64,000 nt of DNA from NCBI GenBank assembly GCA_963707215.1, contig CAVPPB010000001.1, forward strand, positions 1 through 64,000. The letters run 5' to 3'. This document shows positions 9,639-18,881 of the stretch, piece by piece. Made by a program: the position numbers and the translations under genes. The notes under the pieces were generated by a model. The model saw only the letters and a program-made list of their open reading frames with translations, was not told the DNA's origin and did not search any database. The stretch is from an uncultured Chloroflexia bacterium. GTDB lineage: Bacteria > Chloroflexota > Limnocylindria > Limnocylindrales > CSP1-4. Each line of letters starts with the position of its first letter. The first letter of the stretch is position 1.

Positions 9639-12600
9639 CTCGGCTCCTTCCCGGTGGCCGGGTCGCCGGCCGCGTCCGCGATCGCCCTGGCCTCGTCGAG
9701 CCGAAGGCTGATCACGCGACTCACCGAGTCGTCGCCGACCGTGACCCCGTAGAGCGCATCGGCCGACTCGATCGTCCCCCGGTTGTGGGTGATGACGATG
9801 AACTGGGTCCGCTCCGCGAGGGCCCGGAGCGATTCCGTGAAGCGGCCGATGTTGGCTTCGTCGAGCGCCGCGTCGACCTCGTCGAGAACGCAGAAGGGTA
9901 CCGGACGGACCTCGAGCATCGCGAAGAGGAGCGCTACCGCCGTGAGCGCCCGCTCGCCGCCCGACAGCATCGCCAGGGTCTGCGGCTTCTTGCCCGGCGG
10001 GCGGGCGACGATCTCGACCCCCGTCGCCGACAGGTCGGCGGGATCGGTCAGCGACAGCCGCGCGTAACCGCCGCCGAAGAGCTGCTGGAACCGATCGTCG
10101 AATGCCGACTCGAGCGCCCTGAACGTCGCCTGGAACTGGCCGGTGATGAGCGCGTCGAGTTCCGCGATGAGCTGGCGCGTGCTCGTGATGGCCGACCGCA
10201 GATCCGTCTGCTGTGCTTCCATCGACGCCAGCCGCTGGCTGAGCTCCGCGTATTCCTCGGCGGCGAAGGGATTGGCGGCGCCAAGCTCGTGGAACCGGCG
10301 ACGGAGCGACGACAGCCTGCCAGGTGGCGGGGCCTCGGACGCCGGGGGCGTGCTTGCCCAGATCGGCGCGACTTGCTCCAGGACGGCCTCGAGCGCGGCC
10401 GCCGCATCGTCTCCCGCCTCACCGTCGCCGAGCGCTGCCGTGTCCGAGGCTTCCGAGGCGTCCGGCGGCCCGACCCATGCGTCTTCCGAGAGCGCCGGAC
10501 CGGACGCCGCCTCGAGGGCGCGCTGGCCAGGCTCTCCGAGTCCGGCCAGCTCGACGAGCACGCTCTCCCGGATCGAGTCCAGCGCCAGGCGCGCCTCGAG
10601 ATCCTCGACATCCGCTCGGCGAAGGCGATCGTCGGCGAGGCGGAGGCGCTCACGAGCGGCGGCAGCTTCGCGCTCGATGCCCGCCAGCCGCCCCCGATCG
10701 GCCGTGTCGGCGAGACGAAGCTCTTCGAGCTCGGCGCGGGCCCGCTCCTCTACCGCGAGGGCGCCGGCGAGTTCGCTCCGCGCATCGGCCAGCTCGGTCT
10801 CCGCAGATCCCCGGGCGGCGACGATCCCCTCGACCTCGAGCCGGCTCCGCCGCAGGCGCTCGTCGGCCAGGGCCGTCGCGGCATCGGCCCGGGCCCGCCG
10901 ACCCTCAGCTTCCCTCCGTGCGGCATCGACCTCGGCGACCTGGGCGGCCAGACGGTCCCGCTCTGCCCGCAGCTCGCGGATCCGCTGCTCCCAGGCGGCG
11001 ACGGCATCATCGGGTCGGGCAGCGCCTCCGACCGCGATCGGCTCGGTCGTGACATCGCCGTCCGGATCGGGAGCGAGGGCCGCGAGCGAGGCACGGGCCC
11101 GCTGGGCATCGGCCTCGGCACGCTCGGCTTGGGCATGGTGCCAGGCAGCGTCACGAGCGACGGTCTCGAGATCGCGGCCGGCGATCCGCTCGAGCTCCTC
11201 GGCCTGGCGTCGAGCAGCCGACGCATCGGTCTCCTCGCGACGGGCCGCGACCAGTGTCTCGCGAGCCGCCGCTGCCTGCCGGCTCACCTCGTCGGCGCTC
11301 CGCCGATGCTCCTCGAGCGATGCTTCCAGCTGCTCGAGGTCGCGGCGCAGCCTCGTGATCTCGGCCCGCCGACCAAGGCCGCCGTCGGGTCGTCCAAGGG
11401 CGATGGCGAACGGCCCGATCACCGCCGAACCGTCGCGGACGACCAGGGTCCAGCCCGCCGGCAGGTGCTCCTGCAGGCCCAGGCCGACCTCGAGATCGGG
11501 CACCCATAGGCTCCGTGACAGCAGTGCTCGGGTGGCACCGCTCGGGTCGAGCCGGATGGCGTCCTCCAGCGCGCCGCCGCCCGCCGCCACGACCCTCGCT
11601 CGGAGACCGCGCGAGCCGTCGTCGCCACCCGCCGTCTTGGCTTCGACCGCGCGCTCCCGGACCACAAGCGCCCCACGCTGATCGGCGAGCGCAGTCACTG
11701 CATCGCGATCGACCACGTATGCGACGCCTCGGTCGCCGAGCGCGGCCTCCACCCCGCCCCGAAGCTCCGGATCGACCTCCAGGCCGTCGTCGAGTCGCCG
11801 CCCGCCACGTCGACGGGCCGCGTGACCGAGCCCCCTGGAGCCCTCGCCCTCCATCCTCGACTCGAGCTGCGTGATCCGGGCACCCAGCGCGGCGACCTGT
11901 TCGGCGACACCGGCAGCGCGCTCGGTGGTCGCAGCTCGCGCCGCCTCGAGGCGCTCCAGGGCATCGCGTGCCCCGGCGAGGGCGACCGCAGCCGCCGACT
12001 CGCGGTCACGGGCCGCGGTCGCGGCCGTCCCTGCGGTCTCGAGCAGCCCCTCCAGGCGCGTGCGCTCGGTCGATCGCTCCTCCGCCACCGCCCGCTCCGT
12101 ACGCGCCCGCTGTGTCGCCTCCGCGACCCGTCGTCGGGCGGCGGCCGTCTCGTCCTCCCGGGCCGCCCGGGCACGGCGGATCGCCGCCTGACGCTCGCTC
12201 TCCTCCCGCGTCGCGGCCTGGAGCGCGGCAAGCTCGGCGAGCGCCTCACCGAGTGTCCGCTCGCTGGCGGCGAGCGCCGCCTCCGCGCCCTCGTCGCGTC
12301 CCGGGACCGGCACGGCCAGGTCCCGCCGGGCCGTCGTCCGCTCCGCACCTGCTGCCACCTGCTCCCGCTCGACCCGCTCGCGATCGCGGTCGAGGGCGGC
12401 CAGGTCGCCCTCGAGGCGCTGGATCCGCATCCGGAGCTCGGTCGTCCGCGTCCGGGCGTCCTCGAAGCCCGCCCGTCGGTCGACCTCCGCCGCGGCCCGC
12501 TCCTCCAGGCGGCCAGCCAGGGCGGCGACCCGCTCCTCCGCCTCTGTCAGCTGGGCCATCGCTGCGTCGGCGTCGACACGGACGCGGTCCCGCCCGGCCA

Positions 12601-13342
12601 CCGCCGACGCCGAGCGGAGGGCAGCCTCGTGCCAACGAGCGTGAGCGGCGACGACGATGGCTTCTGCGAGCTCGGCTCCCGCGTCCCGTCGGGTCGCTTG
12701 CTGCTGCGCCTGGGCCGCCAGTCGGCGTGCTTGTGGCCGCAGCTCGGCGAGGACGTCCTCGATCCTCGCCAGGTTCGCTTCCGCCTCGATCAGCTGCTCC
12801 TCGGACCGCCGCCGCCGACGCTCATGTCGGCGGACACCGGCTACCTCCTCGAACAGCGGGCGACGCTCCTCGGGCCGGAGGGACAGCGCCTGATCGACCA
12901 TGCCCTGGCCGATGAACAGGAATGCGTTGTCGGCCAGATTGGCGCTGTCGAGCAGATCGACCAGGTCGCGAAGCCGGATCCGCTGGCGATTGAGCAGGTA
13001 GTCGTTCTCGCCGGACCTGTAGAGGCGCCGGCCGAGCTCCAGGACCTCGTAGCCGACCGGGAGGAGCCCGTCGCCGTTGTCGACGACCAGGGTCACGTCG
13101 GCCATCCCGAGCGCGGACCGACGATCCGAGCCCGCGAAGATCACGTCCTCCGACCGGCGGATCCTGAGTGATCGCCCCTGTTCGCCGAGGGCCCAGCGGA
13201 GCGCATCGGCCAGGTTGCTCTTGCCGGATCCGTTGGGGCCGACGACGGCGCTGATCCCCGGACCGAACTCCACGGTCGTCCGCTCGGCGAACGACTTGAA
13301 GCCCTGCAGGCGGAGGGCCAGGAGACGAGCCGGGGCGGTCAC
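9635..13342 (-). CDS. smc: Chromosome segregation protein SMC
   Basis: GFKSF, GPNGSGKSN, long coiled coils, LSGGE, LDEVDAALD. Confidence 0.96.
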   Translation of the reverse strand: MTAPARLLALRLQGFKSFAERTTVEFGPGISAVVGPNGSGKSNLADALRWALGEQGRSLRIRRSEDVIFAGSDRRSALGMADVTLVVDNGDGLLPVGYEVLELGRRLYRSGENDYLLNRQRIRLRDLVDLLDSANLADNAFLFIGQGMVDQALSLRPEERRPLFEEVAGVRRHERRRRRSEEQLIEAEANLARIEDVLAELRPQARRLAAQAQQQATRRDAGAELAEAIVVAAHARWHEAALRSASAVAGRDRVRVDADAAMAQLTEAEERVAALAGRLEERAAAEVDRRAGFEDARTRTTELRMRIQRLEGDLAALDRDRERVEREQVAAGAERTTARRDLAVPVPGRDEGAEAALAASERTLGEALAELAALQAATREESERQAAIRRARAAREDETAAARRRVAEATQRARTERAVAEERSTERTRLEGLLETAGTAATAARDRESAAAVALAGARDALERLEAARAATTERAAGVAEQVAALGARITQLESRMEGEGSRGLGHAARRRGGRRLDDGLEVDPELRGGVEAALGDRGVAYVVDRDAVTALADQRGALVVRERAVEAKTAGGDDGSRGLRARVVAAGGGALEDAIRLDPSGATRALLSRSLWVPDLEVGLGLQEHLPAGWTLVVRDGSAVIGPFAIALGRPDGGLGRRAEITRLRRDLEQLEASLEEHRRSADEVSRQAAAARETLVAARREETDASAARRQAEELERIAGRDLETVARDAAWHHAQAERAEADAQRARASLAALAPDPDGDVTTEPIAVGGAARPDDAVAAWEQRIRELRAERDRLAAQVAEVDAARREAEGRRARADAATALADERLRRSRLEVEGIVAARGSAETELADARSELAGALAVEERARAELEELRLADTADRGRLAGIEREAAAARERLRLADDRLRRADVEDLEARLALDSIRESVLVELAGLGEPGQRALEAASGPALSEDAWVGPPDASEASDTAALGDGEAGDDAAAALEAVLEQVAPIWASTPPASEAPPPGRLSSLRRRFHELGAANPFAAEEYAELSQRLASMEAQQTDLRSAITSTRQLIAELDALITGQFQATFRALESAFDDRFQQLFGGGYARLSLTDPADLSATGVEIVARPPGKKPQTLAMLSGGERALTAVALLFAMLEVRPVPFCVLDEVDAALDEANIGRFTESLRALAERTQFIVITHNRGTIESADALYGVTVGDDSVSRVISLRLDEARAIADAAGDPATGKEPR

Positions 13343-14061
13343 GTCGATGCTCCGCCGGGCCGGTCGTCGGTCGTCTGCAGCTCGGCCAGGGCTCGGGTGG
13401 CCGCCGCCGTCTCGGCAGCGCGCCGGGACGATCCCTCGCCGCTGCCGACGACCCGGTCGTCGATGGCGACCTCGACCCGGAAGCGACGGTCGTGATCGGG
13501 CCCGACCGTCTCCACGATGGCGTACGACGGTCGCAGGCCGAAGAGCCGCTGGGTGAGCTCCTGGAGCCGGCTCTTCGGGCTCTTGAGCGTCCTGCCCGGC
13601 TCGGCCGCCTCCTCGAGGTCGGGTTCGGCAAGTTCGAGCAACCAGTCCCGGACACGGTCCCAGCCGAGATCGAGGAAGAGCGCACCGACGAGTGCCTCGA
13701 AGGCGGACGCAAGGAGGGCCGGGCGCTCCCGTCCGCCGCGGGCAGCCTCGCCCTCGCCGAGAAGGAGATCGGCACCGAGCTCGATGCGCTCCGCGAGTCG
13801 GGCCAGCCCCGGCGTGCTCACGATGAGAGCGCGACGCGCCGAGAGTCGCCCCTCGTCGTCGCCGGGGTGGCGCTGGTAGAGCGCCTCCGTGACGATCAGG
13901 TCCACGACGGCGTCGCCGAGGAACTCCAGGCGCTCGTTGTGGCCGGGTCCGGAACCTGGGTGCTCGTGATGCCAGCTGCTGTGGACGAGCGCCTGCTCGA
14001 GCAGCTCGAAGTCGCGGACCGGAAGTAGGAGGCGAGCGGCGATCGCCTCCCCCGGACGCAT
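13339..14061 (-). CDS. rnc: Ribonuclease III
   Basis: NERLEFLGDAV, FEALVGAL, dsRBD PKSRLQE. Confidence 0.96.
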   Translation of the reverse strand: MRPGEAIAARLLLPVRDFELLEQALVHSSWHHEHPGSGPGHNERLEFLGDAVVDLIVTEALYQRHPGDDEGRLSARRALIVSTPGLARLAERIELGADLLLGEGEAARGGRERPALLASAFEALVGALFLDLGWDRVRDWLLELAEPDLEEAAEPGRTLKSPKSRLQELTQRLFGLRPSYAIVETVGPDHDRRFRVEVAIDDRVVGSGEGSSRRAAETAAATRALAELQTTDDRPGGAST

Positions 14062-14080
14062 CGACCCCGGTCGGGCGGGA

Positions 14081-14320
14081 CTACTGGGAGAGATGCTCGT
14101 CGATGTAGTCGGCCGCGTCCTGAACGGTGCGGATCTTCTCGGCATCCTCGTCCGAGATCTCGGTCCCGAACTCCTCCTCGAGGCTCATGATGAGCTCGAC
14201 GAGATCGAGCGAATCGGCGTTCAGGTCGTCGACGAACGAAGCCTCGGGTGTGACCTCGGTCTCATCGACCCCGAGCTGCTCGACGACGATCTTCTTCAGG
14301 CGGTCGTACGTACTGGACAC
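14081..14320 (-). CDS. acpP: Acyl carrier protein
   Basis: [14 protein letters not shown]. Confidence 0.97.
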   Translation of the reverse strand: MSSTYDRLKKIVVEQLGVDETEVTPEASFVDDLNADSLDLVELIMSLEEEFGTEISDEDAEKIRTVQDAADYIDEHLSQ

Positions 14321-14344
14321 CGACTCCCTCCTCCGGAGCTGGAC

Positions 14345-14842
14345 TCAACGGCTGGTCGAGCGATCGCTCGCTCGATCGTGTCTACCGGGGGACCGCCGGC
14401 CGGCCGGGCCGGTCGCGCGGCCCGCCTCGTCGGCGATGTGGCCAAGGACCCCGTTCATCAGTCGGCGCGTCGGCTCCCCACTGTAGATGCGGGCCAGTTC
14501 GACCCATTCCGCGATAGCCACCCGGGCCGGGGTCGTCGCGGAGTGTAGCACCTCGCCGATGCCGCCACGCAGCAGCGCGCGATCCATCCGAGCGAGCTGG
14601 ACGACGGGGTAGCGGGGGGCCCATCGCTCGATCGTCGCGTCGATCCGATCGCGATGCGAGACCACCGCGGCGACGATCTCGCGGGCGACCGCGGCAGCCT
14701 CCTGGTCGGACTCGTGCTCGGCGAGGTGGCGCTCCAGGATCGCCCCGGCGGTCCGCTGCCCGAACTCGGCTTCGAAGATGGAGACGAGGGCGAGCCGGCG
14801 CCCGGCTCGGCGGGACCGGAGGCGGTCAGCCCCCGACGCCAT
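14345..14842 (-). CDS. nusB: Transcription antitermination factor NusB
   Basis: RRAGRRLAL, MDRALLR, VAIAEWVELA, NGVLG. Confidence 0.9.
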   Translation of the reverse strand: MASGADRLRSRRAGRRLALVSIFEAEFGQRTAGAILERHLAEHESDQEAAAVAREIVAAVVSHRDRIDATIERWAPRYPVVQLARMDRALLRGGIGEVLHSATTPARVAIAEWVELARIYSGEPTRRLMNGVLGHIADEAGRATGPAGRRSPGRHDRASDRSTSR

Positions 14843-15157
14843 CGACGACCAGGTCCACCCGGGCGACGGGAAGCCCGAGCAACCGCTCGATGGTGGCCGC
14901 GATGGCGCCACGGACCTCCCTGGCCAGGGGTACCAGCGGATGTCCTGGACGAGCGACCATCCAGACCCGGACCTCGATGGCGTCACCGGCACGCCGGGCC
15001 ACGATGGGCCGCCGTCCCCGAGCCGACGCCAGGCCGGACCCCCACGCCCGAGCCGGAGCACACCTGGGACCTCGATGGCCGCGAGACGGACCATCTCGGT
15101 CACGACCTCGACGCCCACCGTCAAGGTCGCCCCGGTCGCCGGGTCGGACGCCCTCAT
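14826..15157 (-). CDS. Asp23/Gls24 family protein, frameshift ~15010
   Basis: EMVRLAAIEVPGV; alternative frame ends ...ERLLGLPVARVDLVVDGVGG*; usual position upstream of nusB. Confidence 0.75.
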
Positions 15158-16246
15158 GGCTGCATCGTCTCGTTCCCCTCTTCGTCGACCCCCCCGTCGA
15201 GCGAACCTGCTGCCGAGCGGGCGGACAGCCGGTCGGCGATCAGCTCCGGGACGCGGTTGCGAGCCATCTCGGCTCCGACTCCGACCGCGTAGGCGATCAT
15301 CCTCCGGCGCGCCCGCCCGTGGGTGATGACGACCGCACCGCGCACCCCCAGGAGGAGCGAGCCGCCGACCTTCTCGTAGTCGAAGACGGCCCGGATCCGG
15401 TCGATCCCAGGACGCATGAGCAGGGCCGCCAGCTTGCCTCGCAGCGACCCCCGGAACTCGCTCCGAAACTGGTCGAAGATGAACGAGGAGAGGCCCTCGA
15501 AGAACTTGATCGTCACGTTGCCGACGACCGCGTCGCAGACGACCACGTCGGCCGGATGATGGACGAGGTCACGGCCCTCGACGTTGCCGACGAAGCGCAG
15601 ACCCGAGACGTCGAGGAACTCGGTCGCCCGGGCGATCCGGGCATCACCCTTGCCCTTCTCCTCGCCGATCGAGAGCAACGCGACCCGTGGATCGGCGAAC
15701 GCCCTGGACATGCTCCGCGAAGATCGCCCCCATCTGTGCGTACTGGTAGAGGTTCTCACCCGTCGAATCGGTGTTCGCTCCGATATCGAGGAAGAGGAAC
15801 GGTCCGGCGTCGGAGATCATCTGGACCGCAAGGGCGGGTCGGTCGACCCCCCGGACCCGACCGAGGCGGAGCACCGCGGCGGCCATCCCGGCACCAGTGT
15901 GACCGGCCGTGACGACGGCATCGGCCTCGCCCCGACGCACGAGATCGCAGGCCACCACGATCGAAGCGTCCTTCTTCTCGCGGAGGGCCATGGCCGGCGA
16001 CTCGTCCATCTCGACGACCTGACTGGCTTCGACGAGGCGGCAGTTCGCTGGCAGCTCGTCGCCGGCCGCCGCCCGGATGTCGCCGGAGCGGCCGACCAGG
16101 AGGATCGCGTCGTCGGGATGCTCGCGGGCGTAGGCGAGCGCACCGGCCACGACCTCGACCGGACCGTGGTCGCCGCCCATCGCGTCGACGGCGACGCGAA
16201 CGCCCGGAGATGCCGGGGGCGGAGCGGGCTCGATCTGCGGCGCCAC
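15154..16246 (-). CDS. plsX: Phosphate acyltransferase PlsX, frameshift ~15700
   Basis: VAVDAMGGDHGP, RPALA, LDIGAN, then LLSIGEEKGKG, GNVEGRD, ITHGR in the next frame. Confidence 0.93.
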
Positions 16247-16262
16247 CCGATCCAGCGCCGGA

Positions 16263-16463
16263 CTAGCTGCGCGTCTCGTCGCCCGCGGGCTTCAGCTCGA
16301 TCGCCAGGCGGCCCCGGTAGAAGCCGCAGTTCGGGCAGACGCGATGCGGCAGGCGGGGCTGGTGGCAGTGCGAGCACTCCACGAGGCGGGGAGCGCTGAT
16401 CGCGAGGTGGCTGCGACGCTCACCCTGGCGGGCGTGCGAGACCTTTCGCTTCGGGACACCCAT
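16263..16463 (-). CDS. rpmF: 50S ribosomal protein L32 (zinc-ribbon form)
   Basis: MGVPKRKVSH, CSHC...HRVCPNCGFYRGR. Confidence 0.96.
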   Translation of the reverse strand: MGVPKRKVSHARQGERRSHLAISAPRLVECSHCHQPRLPHRVCPNCGFYRGRLAIELKPAGDETRS

Positions 16464-16586
16464 GGTCGGTTCGTGACTCCTTGTGGACCCGGTGGCGCGC
16501 CGGGCCGGTGGCCCGGGAGCAGGCATCGGAGCGGGCCGCGTCCCTTGACGGCACGGATCGTCGCAGGAGGGGGCCGAGGCGGGAGT

Positions 16587-17147
16587 CTAGTCGGTTTCGC
16601 CCGACTCGTCGACCCGGAACGAGCGAAGCGCCTCGAGCCGGGGGTCCAGCTCGAGCTCGTGCGGCTCGTGGCCGGGCTCGGTGAGGTCGAGACCACATGT
16701 CGGGCAGAGGCCCGGACAGTCGGGCCGGCAGAGCGGCGCGATCGGCTCTCCCATCACGATCGCGTCCACGACGAGGGGCAGCAGCCGCAGCTCGTGATCG
16801 CCGGTCAACCGGGCCACCTCAGGCTCGGCCGACACGTCGACGGCCTGGCCGCTCGACAACTCGACACTCGGGAGTGCCTCCTCGTCGATGCGGATCTCGA
16901 GGGGCGTCTCGACCGGTCGAAGGCAGCGGCTGCAGGTCTCGGCAAGCGCAGTCCGAAGCTCCGCCCGGACGAGCAGCCCACGGTTCGTGCGGGCCAGGTC
17001 GAGCTCGCCCTCGACCGGCCGTGACAGCTCGAGGCCCGATCCAGCCTCAACGTCGACGGGCCCGATCGAGAAGTGCCGGGTGGCGCCCGGGACATCGCCG
17101 ATGAGTCCGGCGACCGGGAAGGTCAGCTCGTCGTCGGCGCGGGTCAC
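16587..17147 (-). CDS. YceD/DUF177 family protein
   Basis: CSRCL, PLCRPDCPGLCPTCG, DPRLEAL. Confidence 0.93.
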   Translation of the reverse strand: MTRADDELTFPVAGLIGDVPGATRHFSIGPVDVEAGSGLELSRPVEGELDLARTNRGLLVRAELRTALAETCSRCLRPVETPLEIRIDEEALPSVELSSGQAVDVSAEPEVARLTGDHELRLLPLVVDAIVMGEPIAPLCRPDCPGLCPTCGLDLTEPGHEPHELELDPRLEALRSFRVDESGETD

Positions 17148-17683
17148 CGGTAGGCCGGCTCGTCCTCGGCCTCGTACTCCTCGTAGTCGTCCTCGGCCTC
17201 GGTCGTCTCGGGCTCGGGCTCGGGCCGTCGCTGGTCGAGCATGGCGAGGCCCTTCTGGACGCTCTGCAGGGTTCGCGAGAGATCGTCGTGCAAGCCGCTG
17301 AGGATCGATGCCGCGTAGTCGTCGGCCCCGGCCCGGATCTCGGCTCCCGTCGCCTCGGCCTCCGCGATCATGCGACGACTCTCCTCCTGGGCAGCCTCGG
17401 TCAGCCCCCGCTCCCCGATCAGGAACGCCGCCTGCTCCTGCGCGTTGGCGACGATCCGCTCGGCCTCGACCCCGGCCCGCTCGAGGATGTGCTCGCGATC
17501 CTGATTGATCCGCTTGGCCTGGCGGACCTCCTCGGGGACGGTGGCCCGCAGCTCATCGATGAGCCCGAGGGCGGCCTCCTGGTCCACGACGACGTTGTTC
17601 GTCAGGGGCAGCTTCTTGCCGTTGGCGATCAGTGACTCGAGGCGCTCGACGAGGAAGATGATGTCGATCGGAAGGTCCTCCAC
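17144..17683 (-). CDS. Conserved coiled-coil protein (ATP synthase subunit b-like) usually found between coaD and yceD
   Basis: LVERLESLI...KKLPLT...PEEVRQAKRI...GADDYA. Confidence 0.8.
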   Translation of the reverse strand: MEDLPIDIIFLVERLESLIANGKKLPLTNNVVVDQEAALGLIDELRATVPEEVRQAKRINQDREHILERAGVEAERIVANAQEQAAFLIGERGLTEAAQEESRRMIAEAEATGAEIRAGADDYAASILSGLHDDLSRTLQSVQKGLAMLDQRRPEPEPETTEAEDDYEEYEAEDEPAYR

Positions 17684-17783
17684 GACGCATTCGCGACCGG
17701 GCGGTCGGCGACGGGCGGATTATCGCACGAGGGCAGTGACCCGCGGGTCGGCTCCGGGCGGGCCACTCGATGGAAGCCGGCGA

Positions 17784-18287
17784 TCAGTCGGCCGGCATGG
17801 CCCGGTCGCGGAGGACTCGGGCGGCCGCGTCCGGGACCATCGAGCTCACGTCGCCGCCGAACCGGGCGATCTCCTTCACCAGGCTCGAGCTTACGTACCC
17901 ATGCTCGAGCGAGGTCATGAAGAAGACCGTGTCGATCTCGGGGGCGAGCTTCCGGTTGTTGTGGGCCAGCTGCATCTCCACCTCGAAGTCGGAGATCGCC
18001 CGCAGTCCCCGGACGAGGAAACGAGCCCCTTCCCGCCGACAGAAGTCGACGGTCAGACCGTCGAACGAACGGACCTCGATCCGGGATCGTCGATCCTCGG
18101 GCGTCTCGTCGCGGACGGCGGCCCGGATGAGCTCGACCCGCTCATCGAGACCGAGCAGCGGGGCCTTCCGGGGGTTCTCCAAGACCGCGACGATCAGGCG
18201 ATCGAACGCTCCTGCGGCCCGGACCAGGACATCGAGATGGCCGTCGGTGATCGGATCGAAGGAACCCGGGTAGACGGCGACGTTCAT
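17784..18287 (-). CDS. coaD: Pantetheine-phosphate adenylyltransferase
   Basis: YPGSFDPITDGH, RGLRAISDFE, VSSSLVKEIA. Confidence 0.97.
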   Translation of the reverse strand: MNVAVYPGSFDPITDGHLDVLVRAAGAFDRLIVAVLENPRKAPLLGLDERVELIRAAVRDETPEDRRSRIEVRSFDGLTVDFCRREGARFLVRGLRAISDFEVEMQLAHNNRKLAPEIDTVFFMTSLEHGYVSSSLVKEIARFGGDVSSMVPDAAARVLRDRAMPAD

Positions 18288-18877
18288 GGTGCCTCGGCTC
18301 CCTCCCCATGCTCGTAGTAGGTCAGCGCCGTCTCCCCGAACCGGCGCCCGCGGACCGATGCTAGCAGCCCGATCCGGGTCGCCGGCGGGTGCCGCCAGAA
18401 GTGCTTCGCCACGATGATCGCCCCTGGGGCCAGGATCCCGGAGCCCGAAGGCCCACCAAGGAGGGCCATGGTCCTCTCGAGCGCCTCGACATCGGCGTAG
18501 GGCGGATCCGCGAAGACGACGTCGAAGGGCCCGTCCTGGGTCGCGCCGGAGGCCAGGTAGGACAGGACCGGCGCCCGGACGACCCGGGCACCAGGCGGGC
18601 CGAAGCCGGCCCGACGGAGGTTCTCGGCGATCGCGGCGGCCGCACCACGGTCCCGCTCGACGAAGACGGCGAGATCCGCGCCCCGACTGAGCGCTTCGAC
18701 ACCCGCCGCGCCGGCCCCCGCATAGAGATCGAGGAACCGCGAGCCCGGTAGGCGAGGCTGGAGCGTCCCGAAGAGCGCCTCCTTCACCCGATCGCCGAGC
18801 GGCCTGGTCCCGTCGCCCGGAGCGATGAGCCGGATCCCCTTCGCGGAGCCGGCGATGACGCGACCGGCGTCGGCCAC
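18284..18877 (-). CDS. rsmD: 16S rRNA m2G966 methyltransferase
   Basis: RVIAGSAKG, TRP...RVKEALF, LDLYAGAG, DPPY. Confidence 0.93.
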   Translation of the reverse strand: MADAGRVIAGSAKGIRLIAPGDGTRPLGDRVKEALFGTLQPRLPGSRFLDLYAGAGAAGVEALSRGADLAVFVERDRGAAAAIAENLRRAGFGPPGARVVRAPVLSYLASGATQDGPFDVVFADPPYADVEALERTMALLGGPSGSGILAPGAIIVAKHFWRHPPATRIGLLASVRGRRFGETALTYYEHGEGAEAP

Positions 18878-18881
18878 CGTC

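Noticed and set aside
14345-15157. Apparent Asp23-NusB fusion (270 aa)
   Set aside because: Produced by a frameshift near 15010; Asp23 has its own stop at 14826 and nusB its own ATG at 14842
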